Assembly (NCBI RefSeq): GCF_009914755.1
Contig: NC_060934.1
Strand: one strand, 5' to 3'
From: the human T2T-CHM13v2.0 reference genome, Homo sapiens
Length of the DNA stretch: 64,000 bases
Shown here: in pieces, positions 12,915 through 25,780 of the stretch
How positions within the stretch are numbered: position 1 is the first letter of the stretch
Layout of the letters: every line of letters begins with the position of its first letter
The notes under the pieces: model-generated
What the model was told of the DNA's origin: nothing
Databases searched by the model: none
What the model saw: only the letters and a program-made list of their open reading frames with translations
Program-made: the position numbers and the translations under genes

Positions 12915-13359
12915 AAAAGTTATTAGATGTAATACCTTTATACATTTGTGAAAGAAAATAAAGGTAATTATGCACATACACAGTTGCAGCCACTTGACTA
13001 TGTCTTCCTCAGGCATACTCACCTTTCCATCTCTAACTCCACAACACTGTGTGCTGCCTTGAACTCTCATTTGGAAATGGTACCGGCTCAGAACATGATA
13101 CTGCTTTATGCATCTGTGGATTTTGGGAAATCCTGAAATACAGGAAGTTGTGGGTGGATGATGCATTAACCGGTTATCGCTGTTAAATCTAATCCTGTTG
13201 GGATATCAGATTGGGTTAGCTGAATGCCACCTACCTGTAAAGCTGAAGGGAGGGAAATAATTAGAGAAATCATTCTTCCCAAATGTGTCAGAATTGGGCT
13301 TGCTCTCTGGGGCCCACTGATTTAACTTAGACTTGATGTTGCACCAGAAAGGGCAATGG

Positions 13360-13500
13360 ACTGAGGGCACCAAGACTGGAGTTCTTCCCCCAGCTTCTTT
13401 TCTATTTAGCCATGTAGATTGAACCAAGTCACTTTTCTCTTGTGATCTCATTTCCTCAAAAATAAAATGAGACATCTGTAATGCATTAAATGATTTAATT
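13360..13500 (+). mobile_element. MIR
   Basis: CAAGTCACTTTTCTCTTGTGATCTCATTTCCTCA. Confidence 0.6.
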
Positions 13501-13519
13501 TTAATTCCTTTTGAAAATG

Positions 13520-13895
13520 AAATTTGTGTTCTAATAAAAACCACATAACATAAATTTACTCTCTTAAATTTTTAAGTATATAGCACAATGTTGTTAACTA
13601 TATGCACATTGTTGTATAACATATCTACAACTTTTTCATCTTGCATGACTGAAACTCTGTATCCATTGAACAGCAAATGCCCCGTGTCCCCTTTTTCCTA
13701 GCTCCTGGCAACTCTTATTCTACTTTCTATTTCTATGAGTTTGACTATTTTAGATACCTCATATAAGTGGAATAATGCTGCATCTGTCTTTTTGTTATTG
13801 GCTTATATCACTTAGCACAATGTTCTCCAGGTTCAATATGACAGAATTTCCCTTCATTTTAAAAGGCTGAATAATATTCCATTTGTATCTGTGTT

Positions 13896-13938
<43 letters not shown>

Positions 13939-14430
13939 ATATATGTGACATTTTCTTTATCCATTCTTTCATCCATTGACATTTAGTTTGCCTCCACATC
14001 TTGGCTATTGTGAATAATGCTGCAATTAAAATTAGCATGCAAATATCTCTATGAGGTCCTGTTTCCAATTTGTTTGGCTATATACCCAGAAGTGGGATTG
14101 CTGAATCATATGGTAGTTCTGTGTAACTTTTGGAGAAACTTCTATTTTGTTTTTCACAGTGGCTGCACCATTTTACAATCCCACCACCAGTGTGAAGAGT
14201 TTACATTTCTCCACATCCTCTCCAACACCTGTTGTTTTCCGTTTTTTTTATAGTAGCCATCTTAACAGGTATAAAGTGGTATCTCATTGTACTTTTGATC
14301 TGTATTTCCCTGATAATTAGTGATATTGAGCATCTATCCTATGGTTGTGTTATATCTTCTTTGGAGAAATGTCTATTCGAATCCTTTGCCCATTTTTAAT
14401 TGTTTTTTGGGGTTATCAAGTTGTAGTATA
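13520..14430 (-). mobile_element. L1MA (L1MA9-like) 3' end
   Basis: TTTTCATCTTGCATGACTGAAACT...TTTAGATACCTCATATAAGTGGAAT...ATATACCCAGAAGTGGGATTGCTG. Confidence 0.88.
13898..13934. repeat. (TG)n microsatellite
   Basis: ~18 TG units read directly. Confidence 0.95.
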
Positions 14431-15059
14431 CAATACTTTTTAACCTAAGAAAAATGAAATGCTTATCTTTTGGATTTTAAAAAATAGTATCCATCTCTAG
14501 GGTTGTTTTGAGAGTGAACTGGAGAGTGAATGTAAATCATGTAGATCAGTCCATGGCACTTGGTAGCTATTCAATAAATGTTAGTCTTTTTTTCTTTTGC
14601 ACCATGCAGCCAAATTGATTCTTTTCTTTCTTTCCTTTTTTGTTTGCAAGCATTAGGATAAAGCTTCTCCCACTGTCTTCATGAATATATTTGTGCTTCT
14701 TGTAAGTGTATCATTGTTAAGAAAGTGAAGTGTTTTATGGCATTTTGAAGAGTTCAGGCTGATGCATATCTGCTCATGTAAAATTACTAGTTGAGTACGA
14801 TATTGTGTGATAGCTCCCAGCATTCAAGTAAATGTTAGACAAGGTTCAGACACATCTACTTTTCTCACATATGGTTGTGCAACAAAATGTGAATTCCAGA
14901 TATGTTATATTATTAATATGTAATATATTCACAGTAGTCCTTATCACATGTTAGTTGCACACCTGACATTTGCAACGCGATACAATCTCTTGTGTGATGT
15001 TGTTGATGATTCATTCAATTGCGTTACAAAATTTTCCTAATCATTCCTGATTCAAAGTA

Positions 15060-15170
15060 CTGACATTTTATGAGGTAGGTGTTACTTTTATCACCATTTC
15101 ACAGGTGAGGAAACTGAGACACAAAGAGGTTAAATTACTCCCAAGCCCACACATCTAATAGGTAGTACAG
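15060..15170 (-). mobile_element. MIR
   Basis: CCATTTCACAGGTGAGGAAACTGAGACACAAAGAGGTTAA. Confidence 0.8.
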
Positions 15171-15749
15171 TACAGACTTCACCATTATGTCTTCACCATT
15201 CTAGGGGAAAAGACCAACAGGTCTCTGGGTACCAAAAGAGGGGAAGGAGTTACCCTAGAGAGAGAAATTAGAGGACTAAAGAGAGCATTTCATCTACTTT
15301 ACAGTTGTGTCTAAGAATGTAAGAAGGAAAGAAGAAGAATAAAGGCCACTGATAAGAGAAGAAAGTGGAGGTGGGGTGAAGTGTAGGACCTGGACGGACT
15401 AAATTCTACAATGAATTAGAGTGAAATGGAGACGATTGAACTGTCAGGGGCAGGATGAGGCAACCCTAGGAACACGGAGGTAGAAGACTCATTAAAGAAT
15501 AACTGAGAAACAGGAAGGAAGAGGGTACAACCTAGCTCATCTTCTGCCTGATCACTCTTCCTGGGGGCTAATGCTGTGTAAAATAATCTGTAAATACCGA
15601 ATATGTTATCTTCTATCCATGGATGCCAGCAGCTTTGTTATAGAGGGCCAGGACTATTTCCAACATGAACCGAAAAATTAGAAATTATATTTTACAAGTA
15701 TTTATTGACGTAAGGCTCTGGGCCAAAAGTGGTTAGATTATATAAATTT

Positions 15750-16980
15750 TTTTGATAGAAGAGCTGATAGAATTTACTGATGTATTAACGTGTTATGAAT
15801 GAAAGAGAAGCATCAACGATTTTTTTTAACTGAGCTAGTAGCAAAATGAAGATGACATTTACTGAGACAGAACTGACCATGGAAAGGTGCAGACTTGACT
15901 GAAAAAAGGCAAACAAAGAAGAGTCCAATTTTGGATGTGTATAGTGGAAGATGCCCATTGGACATTAATATGAAGATGTTGATTAGGTGTTTGGATATAC
16001 AAGTATAAGCCAAAGAAGAGGTCCAGGTTGGAGATACAAATTTAGAAGTTATCCGCCACAGCGTTAGATGCATTTACTTAAAAGATCTGTGTTGATAAAG
16101 AAGTGAAGAGATTTAAGGATGGAACTCCTAAGTTCTTCAAAGTTTCGAGTTTGAGAAAATGAGGAACTAAAAGGAGAATGAAAACTAGCTGCTAGTGTGG
16201 TGGGAAAAACCCCATGAGAGAGTGGGTTATGGAAGCCGAGATGAACAGGTTTCCAAAAGAAGAAAATAAACCTACTACTTCAGTATACAAAGTAATTGGT
16301 CTACCAACTTCTCACCTGAGGCCTGAGAACTAATCATTGAATGTATCCTTGTAGGGCTTATTAGTGACCTTGAAAACCACTGTTTTGGCAAAGGAGTGGT
16401 GATGTAGCCTCACTGAATAGATTCAACGTAGAAGGAAGGAGAACTGGAGACAGTGAGTTTAGACAACACATTCAAGGAGTTCTGCTACAAACAGAGAAAT
16501 AGGGGGAAATAAGGGGAAGCAAAGAATTAAGAAACTATCTTACTTTTTAAAGATGGGGTTATTAAAGCATGTTTGAAAGCTGAATGTAGTCATCCTGTAA
16601 AAGGAGAAAAAATGAGTGATACTGAAGTAAGAAGACACAATTGCAAGAGCCATGCCTCTGAGTGGGAGAGATGTGGGATCCAGGAGACAAACGGAGGAAC
16701 TGGCTTAGGTAGGGACATGGCCACTCATCCTTAGAAGGAGGAAAAGCAGAGTCTAGACGGTGAGGTATGATAGTGGGACTACAGGAAAAGTCTGTCCATA
16801 TGGCTTCCCTTTTCTCAGAAAAATAAGAGGAAAGGTCCTCAGATGAGATGAGAAGGGTGGAGGAGGTGTTGAACCTTGAGGAGTGAGGAGAGGCACTTCT
16901 GACACTTGGCAAATGATTGGACTAAAGAAAAGATAGAAGGATTACCGGTCAGCCCTAAACATTCTCTTGAGGTTAGTAGT
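15750..16980 (-). mobile_element. L2 LINE
   Basis: CATTTACTGAGA, CAATTTTGGATGTGT, GGAGATACAAATTTAG, TAGTGACCTTGA, GGAGACAGTGAGT reverse-L2 motifs. Confidence 0.8.
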
Positions 16981-17287
16981 GAGTAAAAACATTGGCCAGT
17001 GATATACTAACATTTTTGTTACTAAGTTTGCAACATCATTTGATGGAATTTTTCAAATTAATTAATGATCTTAAACTTATCTTTAAGAAGTTTTTCTCAA
17101 ATAGTATGTAGTTCTATACTTGTTATTAAATGTAGAAATTGATACTTTTTAAGAATATTATTGTAATCACTTGGAAGTTATGTCTTTATTTCATGGATCT
17201 TCTGCAAAAGTTGGGACTCAGAAATGTAGACACAAAATATCATGTACTCATTGCTTCATTTATTCAACTTCTTCTTTAAAAATAAAT

Positions 17288-17568
17288 AGAGTCAGGGTCT
17301 TGTTCTGTCACGCAGGCTGGAGTGCAGTGGTACAGTCACGGCTCATTGTAACCTTGAACTCCTGGCCTCAAGCAGCCTTCCCACTTCAGCCTCCCAAGTA
17401 GCCAGGACTACTGGCATCTGCCTCCATTCTTGGCTCATTTTTTTTTTTTTTAAAGAGAAAGAGTCTCACTGTTACCCAGGCTGGTCTTAAACTCCTGGCC
17501 TCAAATGCCTCTTTCACTTCAGCCTCCCAAAGTGCTGGGATTACAGGCATGAGCCACTGCACCCAGCT
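17288..17568 (-). mobile_element. AluJ (Jo-like)
   Basis: AACTCCTGGCCTCAAG in both arms, CCCAAAGTGCTGGGATTACAGG. Confidence 0.9.
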
Positions 17569-18937
17569 CATTTGCTCATCTTCTATTCTGCCCTTTTCTT
17601 TCCCGCATTGCAAGTTTGTATCTTAGAATCCCCCACTTTTCTCTGCATCTCTCTGTCTCTAACTGTGATAATTAGTACTGTATAATTACTAGACTTCAAG
17701 ATGGTTTCAATGTCTTGAGGAACTAACCTTATAACTTCTGAAAGAGTCTGTAATTTTGATTGGTTGTCTTATTTAATAATATTATGCCCTGATCGTGATA
17801 TTTAAATTTATATCTCTGTCACCTGAAAAAAAATAAATTCCTTGAGTTTTCTTTAAGTCAGAACCTTAGTTTGAAATTCCCTTGCCTCCCACACTGCTTG
17901 AAGTTTAAAAAATAAAATTAAATCTAAGATTGTTGTATTTCTTCTTTAAACAAAGAGTTCAAAAGTGTGATCTTATTTAAATTAACAATGATTAACTCAA
18001 TAATAAGGGAATCTTTTGATAGTAAAAATCTATGTTTAAAAAATATTTATTTAAACAGATTAGAATTAAGCAATGATAAAGTCTAAGCCATTTTATTGGC
18101 TATTTTTTTTATTTGAGACTTGATTCCAAAATTAGTGTAATAGATACTAGGGCTCCATATATTTCTAACCTCAAGATAAATCCTATTGACAATTTAATCA
18201 AGATTTTAATTAAGGAAATAAATGTGAAAATGCATATATTAACTCTAGAAAGAATAATTGGCATGAGAATCCTTTATATATGTATTTTACTATTTTATTC
18301 TTTTTTGTTTTATAAAAATCACAAATACTAACATGACTAAATTGACTTTCTCTTTAATAGCTCCCATATTTAACAGCTATATCCAACATTTAGACTTTGT
18401 AATACTCTTGGGGAAATGGGCCTACTTATTGGGAAATAGCTTAATTTTATTTGGAGGGAAGAAAAAAAGAGAATGAGAAAACTGATTCATGAGCCTTCAA
18501 AGCAGTAAAACTGAAAATATATAGTGTGTGGTTTTCATTGCTTTCCAAAAAAACCACACACATTTTACAACACAGGGAGATCAGCTAGACAGAAAGTAAT
18601 CTGGATTCCACTTCTTAAACCTGGCTCTTCTGATTCCAGCAGGAATGAGACCAATTACTTACAGATTTTAGACTCATGGCTTCAAGGAAAACAAATCATT
18701 AGGACTGTGGACACCACTGTAATGAAAAAAGACTCAGTTATACTGATGAGTCAGAAATGACTGACTGCTGCAAGAACATTTTGATATAATTTAAACCAGT
18801 GGATTTCAGGTAAATGAAGAGGATTTCAAGAAAATATGCACTCCCCCCCTGCCGTGGGTATACATGTCATAATATGGTTATGGCCAGTTTTCATGTATAC
18901 ATTTAAAAATGTGGATGTTTATACAAGTTGATATTTG

Positions 18938-19070
18938 AAGAAAGAAAGAGAGAGAGAGAGAAAGAGAGAGGAAGGAAGGAAAGAAGGAAGAAAGAAGGGA
19001 GGGAAGGAAGGAGGCAAAGAAAGAAGGAGAGAAGTGAAGGAGAAGGGAAAAGAAAAAGAAAAAAGAAAGG
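18938..19070 (+). repeat. Purine-rich (GA/GGAA/GAAA)n low complexity
   Basis: Read directly. Confidence 0.9.
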
Positions 19071-19289
19071 CCAACTGGAAATGAAACAAAATTATTTAGG
19101 AATAGGTAAGAATGAACTCTATGGTAGATCTCAACCTTTCATGGACTATAATCCACCAAAGACTCCATCAAAGTAATTGGATCCAAAGATATCAGCAATA
19201 TTAATAAAAGTAAAACTAGCAATATACCAAGAACATTTTATATCATAATAAAATATATAATATATTTATACTATTTAGCTTTTACAACT

Positions 19290-19430
19290 CCATGAGTAGC
19301 TTTTACAGTGAACTTTATCTTAAAGTTGAAGATAAACCTAAGAGAGAGTAGATAACTTTTTCAAGGTCACTTGGCCAGTAAGTTGCAAAATTGAGATCTG
19401 AACTAAGCTGCCTAATGCAAATGTTCTTCT
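19290..19430 (-). mobile_element. MIR
   Basis: CAAGGTCACTTGGCCAGTAAGTTGCA. Confidence 0.55.
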
Positions 19431-19439
19431 TTCCTAATC

Positions 19440-20230
19440 CTTGCAAGAATGGGACCAGTTAGTCACTACCATTCTACCTCCTTCAAATGTGTGATTTTTT
19501 TAGCATGCTATAAATTGTTTTATAATTCTAAATAATGCTTGTGTGTTTCCCAGATGACCTGTGTAATAGATGAGAGCCAAGGAACAAAGGGCTGCTATTG
19601 GTCTACCAACTTCATTTTGGAAAAGAAAAGAGAAAAATCCCATACCTTGTTTCCACCCAAACCAATTAAATCTGACTTTCATTAAAGCTCCCAGGTGATT
19701 CAAATGTGTGGCTAAAGTTGAAAACACATATCTAGAACCTATATTTGTCTTAATGTAGCCCATGATACCATTAGCTATTTTGGTAGCCACGTCACATTTT
19801 TGAAAGATTTTGATCATAATACATTGTCACAGATACTGTTTCTCAACCACAAATTCCTCCACACTGAATCTGTGCCTATGCCTTTTGGGATTTCAGAGCA
19901 GATCTTACTTTTGGCCCAGTTGTCTTTCCCACCATGTTAAGTGGCTAAGAGATTTTTCAACACTGTTTCTACCAATGAACTTGACATTCTTCTTAGTTTC
20001 ATGTCACACTCAAACCTGATCATCAAAATTTATGGATTTTTCTAAGTTACTGACTAATATAAAACAAGGTAGATCCAAGAGTAGAACCTAGATGGCACAG
20101 TATGAGAGACCTCCCTCCAATTTGATACTGATGTACTTATTAATCATCTCCTTTTGCCATTCATCCCATCCAAATTCCATCAAATTTTCTTGTTTCATAA
20201 ACCTACTTATAATACCTTGACCATAATAAT
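19440..20230 (-). mobile_element. L3/CR1 LINE relic (C-terminal ORF2 region)
   Basis: Minus ORF 19500-19817 contains KCDVATKIANGIMGYIK, resembling the CR1 motif QCxxAAKKANxILGCI. Confidence 0.6.
19640..19730. mobile_element. MER5-type fragment inserted in L3
   Basis: ACCAATTAAATCTG...AAGCTCCCAGGTGATTCAAATGTG...AAGTTGAAAAC. Confidence 0.6.
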
Positions 20231-20682
20231 AAGATGTCTTAAAACGACTTCCTTCTAGGAAGGTCTTGAGTGTCCCTGTGGCCAGTGAAATGGTAACACT
20301 TCTGGTATGAGAATTTCATAGCCCAGCTGATGAATATCCAGCTCAGAGTTAATCAAACTCTATTGTCTTTTAATGAGCAACATTATCTACTTAAAATGGT
20401 ATGACTCCTCTGTCTCAGGCTTGGCACTTAAAAGTTGGGAGCTGCTAACCAGAACAGGAATTTCCACTAGGAGTTAAGATGAAGAAAAATTAGAGACATA
20501 ACCATATGTGCAAACAGCAGCTTCAACACTGAGGGTGGTTGGCTGTGTTTGCAGCATGAACAAGGCTCCTGCTTAAAGACACACCTCTCCAGGACAAGAG
20601 ACCTGTCCTCACCACCAATAGGATAAATATGGCTTTTTAAACTTTTTTCAGGAAAAAAAGCAAGATAGAACTTTTGAAATTA

Positions 20683-21057
<375 letters not shown>

Positions 21058-21179
21058 TCAGAATAGTATAAATGTGACCATCCAACCATCCATAGCCTAA
21101 AATCATATTTTGACCAGTTGGCTCTTGAATAAACAATCTCTCCTTTTTCTCTTTTATGAAACAACTAAGTGTTTTATTT

Positions 21180-22290
21180 CTGATGCCTCTCTAAGGCTTT
21201 TAGAGAAATATATGTGTCTATATGTGTATGTGTGTTGAGAAATTTAAACAATACAAAAAGAGATACTGAAGCCTCCTCTATCCTTCCTATTCCCCAGAGG
21301 TAACTATTAATGATATCTGAGTACTTACGTTTCAAGGCTCTTTTTCTGAATATATAGAAATACAGTTTTATAACACAAATGAAATAAAACTGCTCAGCAA
21401 GGTGCTTTTTTTTTTTTTTTTTTCTTTTTGAGACGGAGTCTCGCTCTGTCGCCCAGGCTGGAGTGCAGTGGCATGATCTCGGCTCACTGCAAGCGCCGCC
21501 TCCCGGGTTCACGCCATTCTCCACAGCCTCCTGAGTAGCTGGGACTACAGGCTCCCGCCACCACGCCCGGCTCCATCTCCTGACCTCGTGATCTGCCCGC
21601 CTCAGCCTCCCAAAGTGCTGGGATTACCGGCGTGAGCCACTGTGCCCGGCCAGCAAGGTGCTTTTTAATTGTATCATAAATTACATTCTTCTTATCAGAA
21701 CACATAGGTCAACCTATTTTTTGAATGGCTGCAAAGTCCATCATATGAAACACCATAAGTTATTTAATCAGTCCTCTGTTGTTCATTTTTCTATTTTTCT
21801 CTGTCTCATGCAATACAACCTTATGGTTCTAATTTGTTATTTGTCAGTAAAGTTAATGATTTTACCATGATAGTTATATTCTTATTATTACTTTAACTGG
21901 TTTTCTTTATTAGCTTATTAGCTCACTGTTTTCTTCATTAGCTTAGGTTTTTTATATGTAATAGATATTAATCCTTTGTCTGTTATCTAGATTACACATT
22001 TTTCTCAGTTATCATTTCACCTTTATTGAAGTGAATAAAGTTTATTTAAGTAAACTTAAGTTTACTTAAGTTAACTTTGTTGAAGTAAATAAAGTTAACG
22101 TTTTAATTAGTCTTATCAGTCATTACTTTCTTTTATGATTTTTGGGCTTTATACCATACTTAAAAGGGCTTCTTCACTCACTATATTTGTATAAAAATAT
22201 TTCTCTTCTATTTTAATATTTTCATGTGATTTTGTATTTTATATTGAGATATTTTATCCATCTGGAATTTATTCATAATGTGGGAATTTA
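21180..22290 (-). mobile_element. Old L1M fragments (split by AluY)
   Basis: TCCCCAGAGGTAACTATT, ATTTAATCAGTCCTCT, GATATTAATCCTTTGTCTG, ATCCATCTGGAATTTATT. Confidence 0.55.
21406..21651 (-). mobile_element. AluY with ~55 bp internal deletion
   Basis: AluY diagnostics GCAAGC..CGCCTCCCGGGTTCACGCCATTC, CpG-rich; linker absent (CCCGGC joined to TCCATCTCCTGACCTCGTG); TSD AGCAAGGTGCTTTT. Confidence 0.93.
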
Positions 22291-22339
22291 ATATTTCCTG
22301 AAGTTGGTTCATAAGTAATTTTATTTTTAGATAAATGCT

Positions 22340-22590
22340 TATGGTGTACTGGTTAAGGCACCAGGTTTTTCAGTTATAACAATCTTTACTTGAATCTCAG
22401 CTTTGCCTCTTTTATACAATGTGACTTTTGGCAAGTTGTTCTCTAACTAATTCTTTCAGCTATAAAATATGGATATTAAACTACATCTGGAAGAATTATG
22501 AAGCATAAATAGGAACATACAGGAAAGTGCTTAGCATGGAGTTGGGGTATGAAAAGAACTTAATAAATATCAGTTATTCTCATCATTTTT
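22340..22590 (+). mobile_element. MIR
   Basis: TGGTTAAGGC...TTGAATCTCAGCTTTGCC...GTGACTTTTGGCAAGTT...AAAGTGCTTAGCA. Confidence 0.75.
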
Positions 22591-23159
22591 ATTTGATTCT
22601 GTGATAAAGGTCAAGGCAATTGTTTTCTGTAATGTTAGCAACATCTTACTGCTTAATTCTTTTATGTCTGTTGGTTGGTTGATTTGTTGCTGAGTTAACT
22701 AGTTGCTTTGTTTGGTTTGGATGTAAGCAAAACAAAGGATCATCCACCAGACCCCTCTTTGAACTTTTCTGGTATATATCATAAAACCCATTATGTAATG
22801 GCTCCAATTTGCTGCAAAGAAATGAACTGCCAAAGTATGATGTTACTTGCTCATGATATATTTAGAGATTATAACTTCTAATTTATTTTGAATTTAGCAG
22901 TGAACCTAAGGTTAAGAGGTGGCAGCAACTAATTTCCTCTGCTTATTTTCTTAATTTTTATTGTAACGATTGCATTCTTAGTATAATTATCTGTAAAAAA
23001 TTGTTGTCTCCTCCATGAGATTACCTATAATCACGTTAAGTGCAAGACTCCATACCTAACACAGTGCCTGGCTCATAGTAGATGCTCAATAAACATTCCA
23101 TGAATAATAAATGGAATATCTATTGCACATCTAATGTATGCCCTGAAATTATTTAATTT

Positions 23160-23280
23160 TTAAAACAATCATGCAAGGTAAATGTTATTATTCTCATTTC
23201 ACAGATGAAGCAGTTGAACTCAGAGTTAATGAAGCTGCCAAAGAGACTGAAATTACATGACCTAAACTCAGGCTGTAGTA
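23160..23280 (-). mobile_element. MIR
   Basis: ATTATTCTCATTTCACAGATGAAG. Confidence 0.65.
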
Positions 23281-23689
23281 ACCTTGGTGCTGGTGGCTGA
23301 GGCAGGACTGGCCCTGGATAGAATGTAGTAAGTGTGGGTCTCAGCTTGGCACTTCTCAGAGGCAGCTTTCTATTCTCCTCCCTGGTAAGGCCAATCTTAG
23401 TGGTTACCTTTATGTAAAGTAGAACTATGTCCTGTGCCAAGCAAGATAAGCAGCTCTATGCATGTCCCTAAGAAGCTAAAATAGATGCTCATCATCCCAG
23501 TCTGCAAATTAAGCCAAAATTTCAGTGTCACTAGCAGTCAACTCTCCAAAGACAAATAGGTTGTAATCTAGTTTCAGAAAGGAAAAAGTGACTAGTTGTC
23601 TGAAAGAACTGACATCACCTGCAAGCTAAGTACCTTTTCCTGTATCTGTGGGCTTTCTGCTCACCCTGGCTGTCTTGCTGTGCTCACTT

Positions 23690-23830
23690 GTACCAGATGG
23701 ACGGCGAAACAAGACTTGCCAGGAAACTGAAACTTGCAACCAAACGAGAGAGACCAATTGCCAGACAGCGTGTCTCAACACTGCTCCGTCAGCACACAAC
23801 TTATGTAATCGCCTGTTTATGCAACAGAGT
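23690..23830. promoter_or_regulatory. Candidate enhancer (unique, CpG-retaining, motif-dense)
   Basis: 6 CpG in ~110 bp; X-box-like CTTGCCAGGAAAC, MARE-like TGCTCCGTCAGCA, D-box TTATGTAAT, TGTTTATGCAAC. Motif inference only. Confidence 0.35.
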
Positions 23831-24214
23831 ACATGAATTTTAATTGATAGCACTGTTAGGTTTGATTCAGTGTCATCTAGTAGAGAGTTCTTCACTGGAA
23901 ATTCTACTTGTGGTTCTACCACTAAATTTGTGGTATTAGGGGGTGGGAGGAAAAGTCAGAACCAGCTCTGTTTGCAATAATGCAACTCAATGCTGTATTC
24001 AAGGAGAAGTGGAGTGAACAGAGGGATGCTTCTTCAAAGTTGAACACATTGGAAAAAATGAAGAATTTGTAGCAGGGTTAGAGGAAATACAATAAGATAT
24101 CAAGAACCTTATAACGTCTAAGTAACCAAAGCTGAGACAAGAGTGTTAGAAAAAGGAAGCTGTGTCTTTAGAACTAACAGTAAGTATAAAGCTCTCCACA
24201 GAGGAAGCATCTGC

Positions 24215-24515
24215 GCGCTTAGGTCTCACTTTAAATATCAGATCCTCTAGGAAGCCTTCACTACTTCCCCTACACCCCAAAACTGACTTAAAGAGTCATT
24301 GTGTGTGTTCAAGTAGCACCTTCTCTTCCACCTGTTATAGCCTGCATTGCACAACATCCTAACCAATGGCTTACTTGTCTCTCTTTCCACAAGTGTCAAA
24401 AATTTACCAGGACAGTGCTGGGACCTCATTCACTGTCATGACCCTTGCACCAAGCTCAAATCCTGGTATGTAATGAGCACCTCGGAAGAATTTGTTGAAT
24501 TAATGAATAAACAGT
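24215..24515 (+). mobile_element. L2 3' end
   Basis: CCTCTAGGAAGCCTTC, CATTCACTGT, GAATTTGTTGAATTAATGAAT terminus. Confidence 0.65.
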
Positions 24516-24589
24516 GTCCCATGTTACACAAAATAGTGATGATCCCACTGAAGACCATCAAAGCCAAAGATGAAGGGAACATAAAAGAA

Positions 24590-24830
24590 GATATAGAACA
24601 ACAAGAAGGAAGAGGAGGAAGAGTTGAAGGGAAAAGAGTTGGAGCAAGGAGAGGAAGGTGAAAAGAAATGAAGAAAGAGGATGGTAAGGAAGAAGAGGAA
24701 GGGAAGAGGAGTTGAATGGAGAAGAGGAGGAAAGAGGAGAAGGAGGAGGAATGATGAGGAGGCTGAGAATAAGAGATGAATGAGGAGGAGGAGGAGGAGT
24801 AAAAACAGCTTCAAAGAAAAGAAGTAGGAA
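24590..24830 (+). repeat. GA-rich (GAG/GAA)n low complexity
   Basis: Read directly. Confidence 0.85.
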
Positions 24831-25159
24831 TAAACTCTGCCTCACAGAATATCATGACAGACATAAGGCTTATCCTCCAAATGGAAAAAAATGCGAAGCA
24901 ATAGAAGTACTTGGAGGATCCCAAGCACTTCCAGGTAATGGTATGCAAAGTCCTGCAGTGGGAATGGTAGCAGCTGTGTGGAGTCCTGATATGGCCACTA
25001 GGGATGTCTTACTGGAGTGAGTGTACGTACGCTACCTGAACCTTATCTCGCTGCTCTCTCCTGCTGAGTCAGGGAGCAGATAACCCTCTCAGAAGGGTCT
25101 GAGGGACAATGAAGTTTGAAGGAAAGAAGCTGAGTGAGCTAAAGAGACATAAAGGACCA

Positions 25160-25395
25160 ACATGGCACCTGGTGACCTAGGTTTGAATCCTAGCTCCTTC
25201 AATTATCATGAAATGGCCTTTGGAAAATTATTGCATTTTCTGTAGCCTCAGTTTACCTACCTATAAATCTATCACAATAATAGCATTCTCTTCGCATTGT
25301 AATGAAGATTAAATTAAATGAGATAGCATATAATTACCATAAAGCATCTAGCCCAAAAGCTCCTGATATGTAGCAGTTGCTCAACAAATACTTGT
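25160..25395 (+). mobile_element. MIR
   Basis: GACCTAGGTTTGAATCCTAGCTC...GCCTCAGTTT...GATTAAATTAAATGAGATA. Confidence 0.75.
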
Positions 25396-25499
25396 TTCCT
25401 TTCTTCCTCCTGGTTGAAAAGAGGTTTTGTTGTCCTTATTTCTGCGCACAGGCATTTGGAATTCAAAAGGAAAAATCTGATGGGAATAGCAACTCTAAA

Positions 25500-25780
25500 G
25501 GTGGTAGTGGATTTTGGGAGATCTATTGCAGGGATCTGTCCTCCGTGTTATCCTGTTTACGTTTTCCCTCCAATAACTTAAATGCAGTTAGAAAGAGACT
25601 GAATATCAAAATGTATGAGACAAAAAGCTAAGTTTAGGACTATGAACGATGGCAGCATTAGGTTCCAAAAAGATTTTAGTCAGCCGGAGGAACAGGCTTG
25701 ACTAAAGTTCACAGAATGCAAAATGAAAGTGTAAGTTCCCACACCTGGGTTCAACAACTCAAGTGTGTAAATGTAAACAT
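25500..25780 (+). mobile_element. L3/CR1 relic, RT domain
   Basis: CAGGGATCTGTCCTC...ATCCTGTTT (QGSVL..LF) followed by AGGTTCCAAAAAGATTTT...AAGTGTAAGTTCCCACACCTGGG, collinear with CR1 RT. Confidence 0.55.

Noticed and set aside
18743-18770. Hammerhead-like CTGATGA-GTCA-GAAA-TGAC
   Set aside because: Stem II is followed by TGACTG rather than the required GAAA, and I see no stems I/III. The overlapping TGAGTCA AP-1 motif is a simpler reading.
24347-24845. Overlapping Glu/Leu/Ser-rich ORFs
   Set aside because: Explained by GA-rich low complexity and L2.
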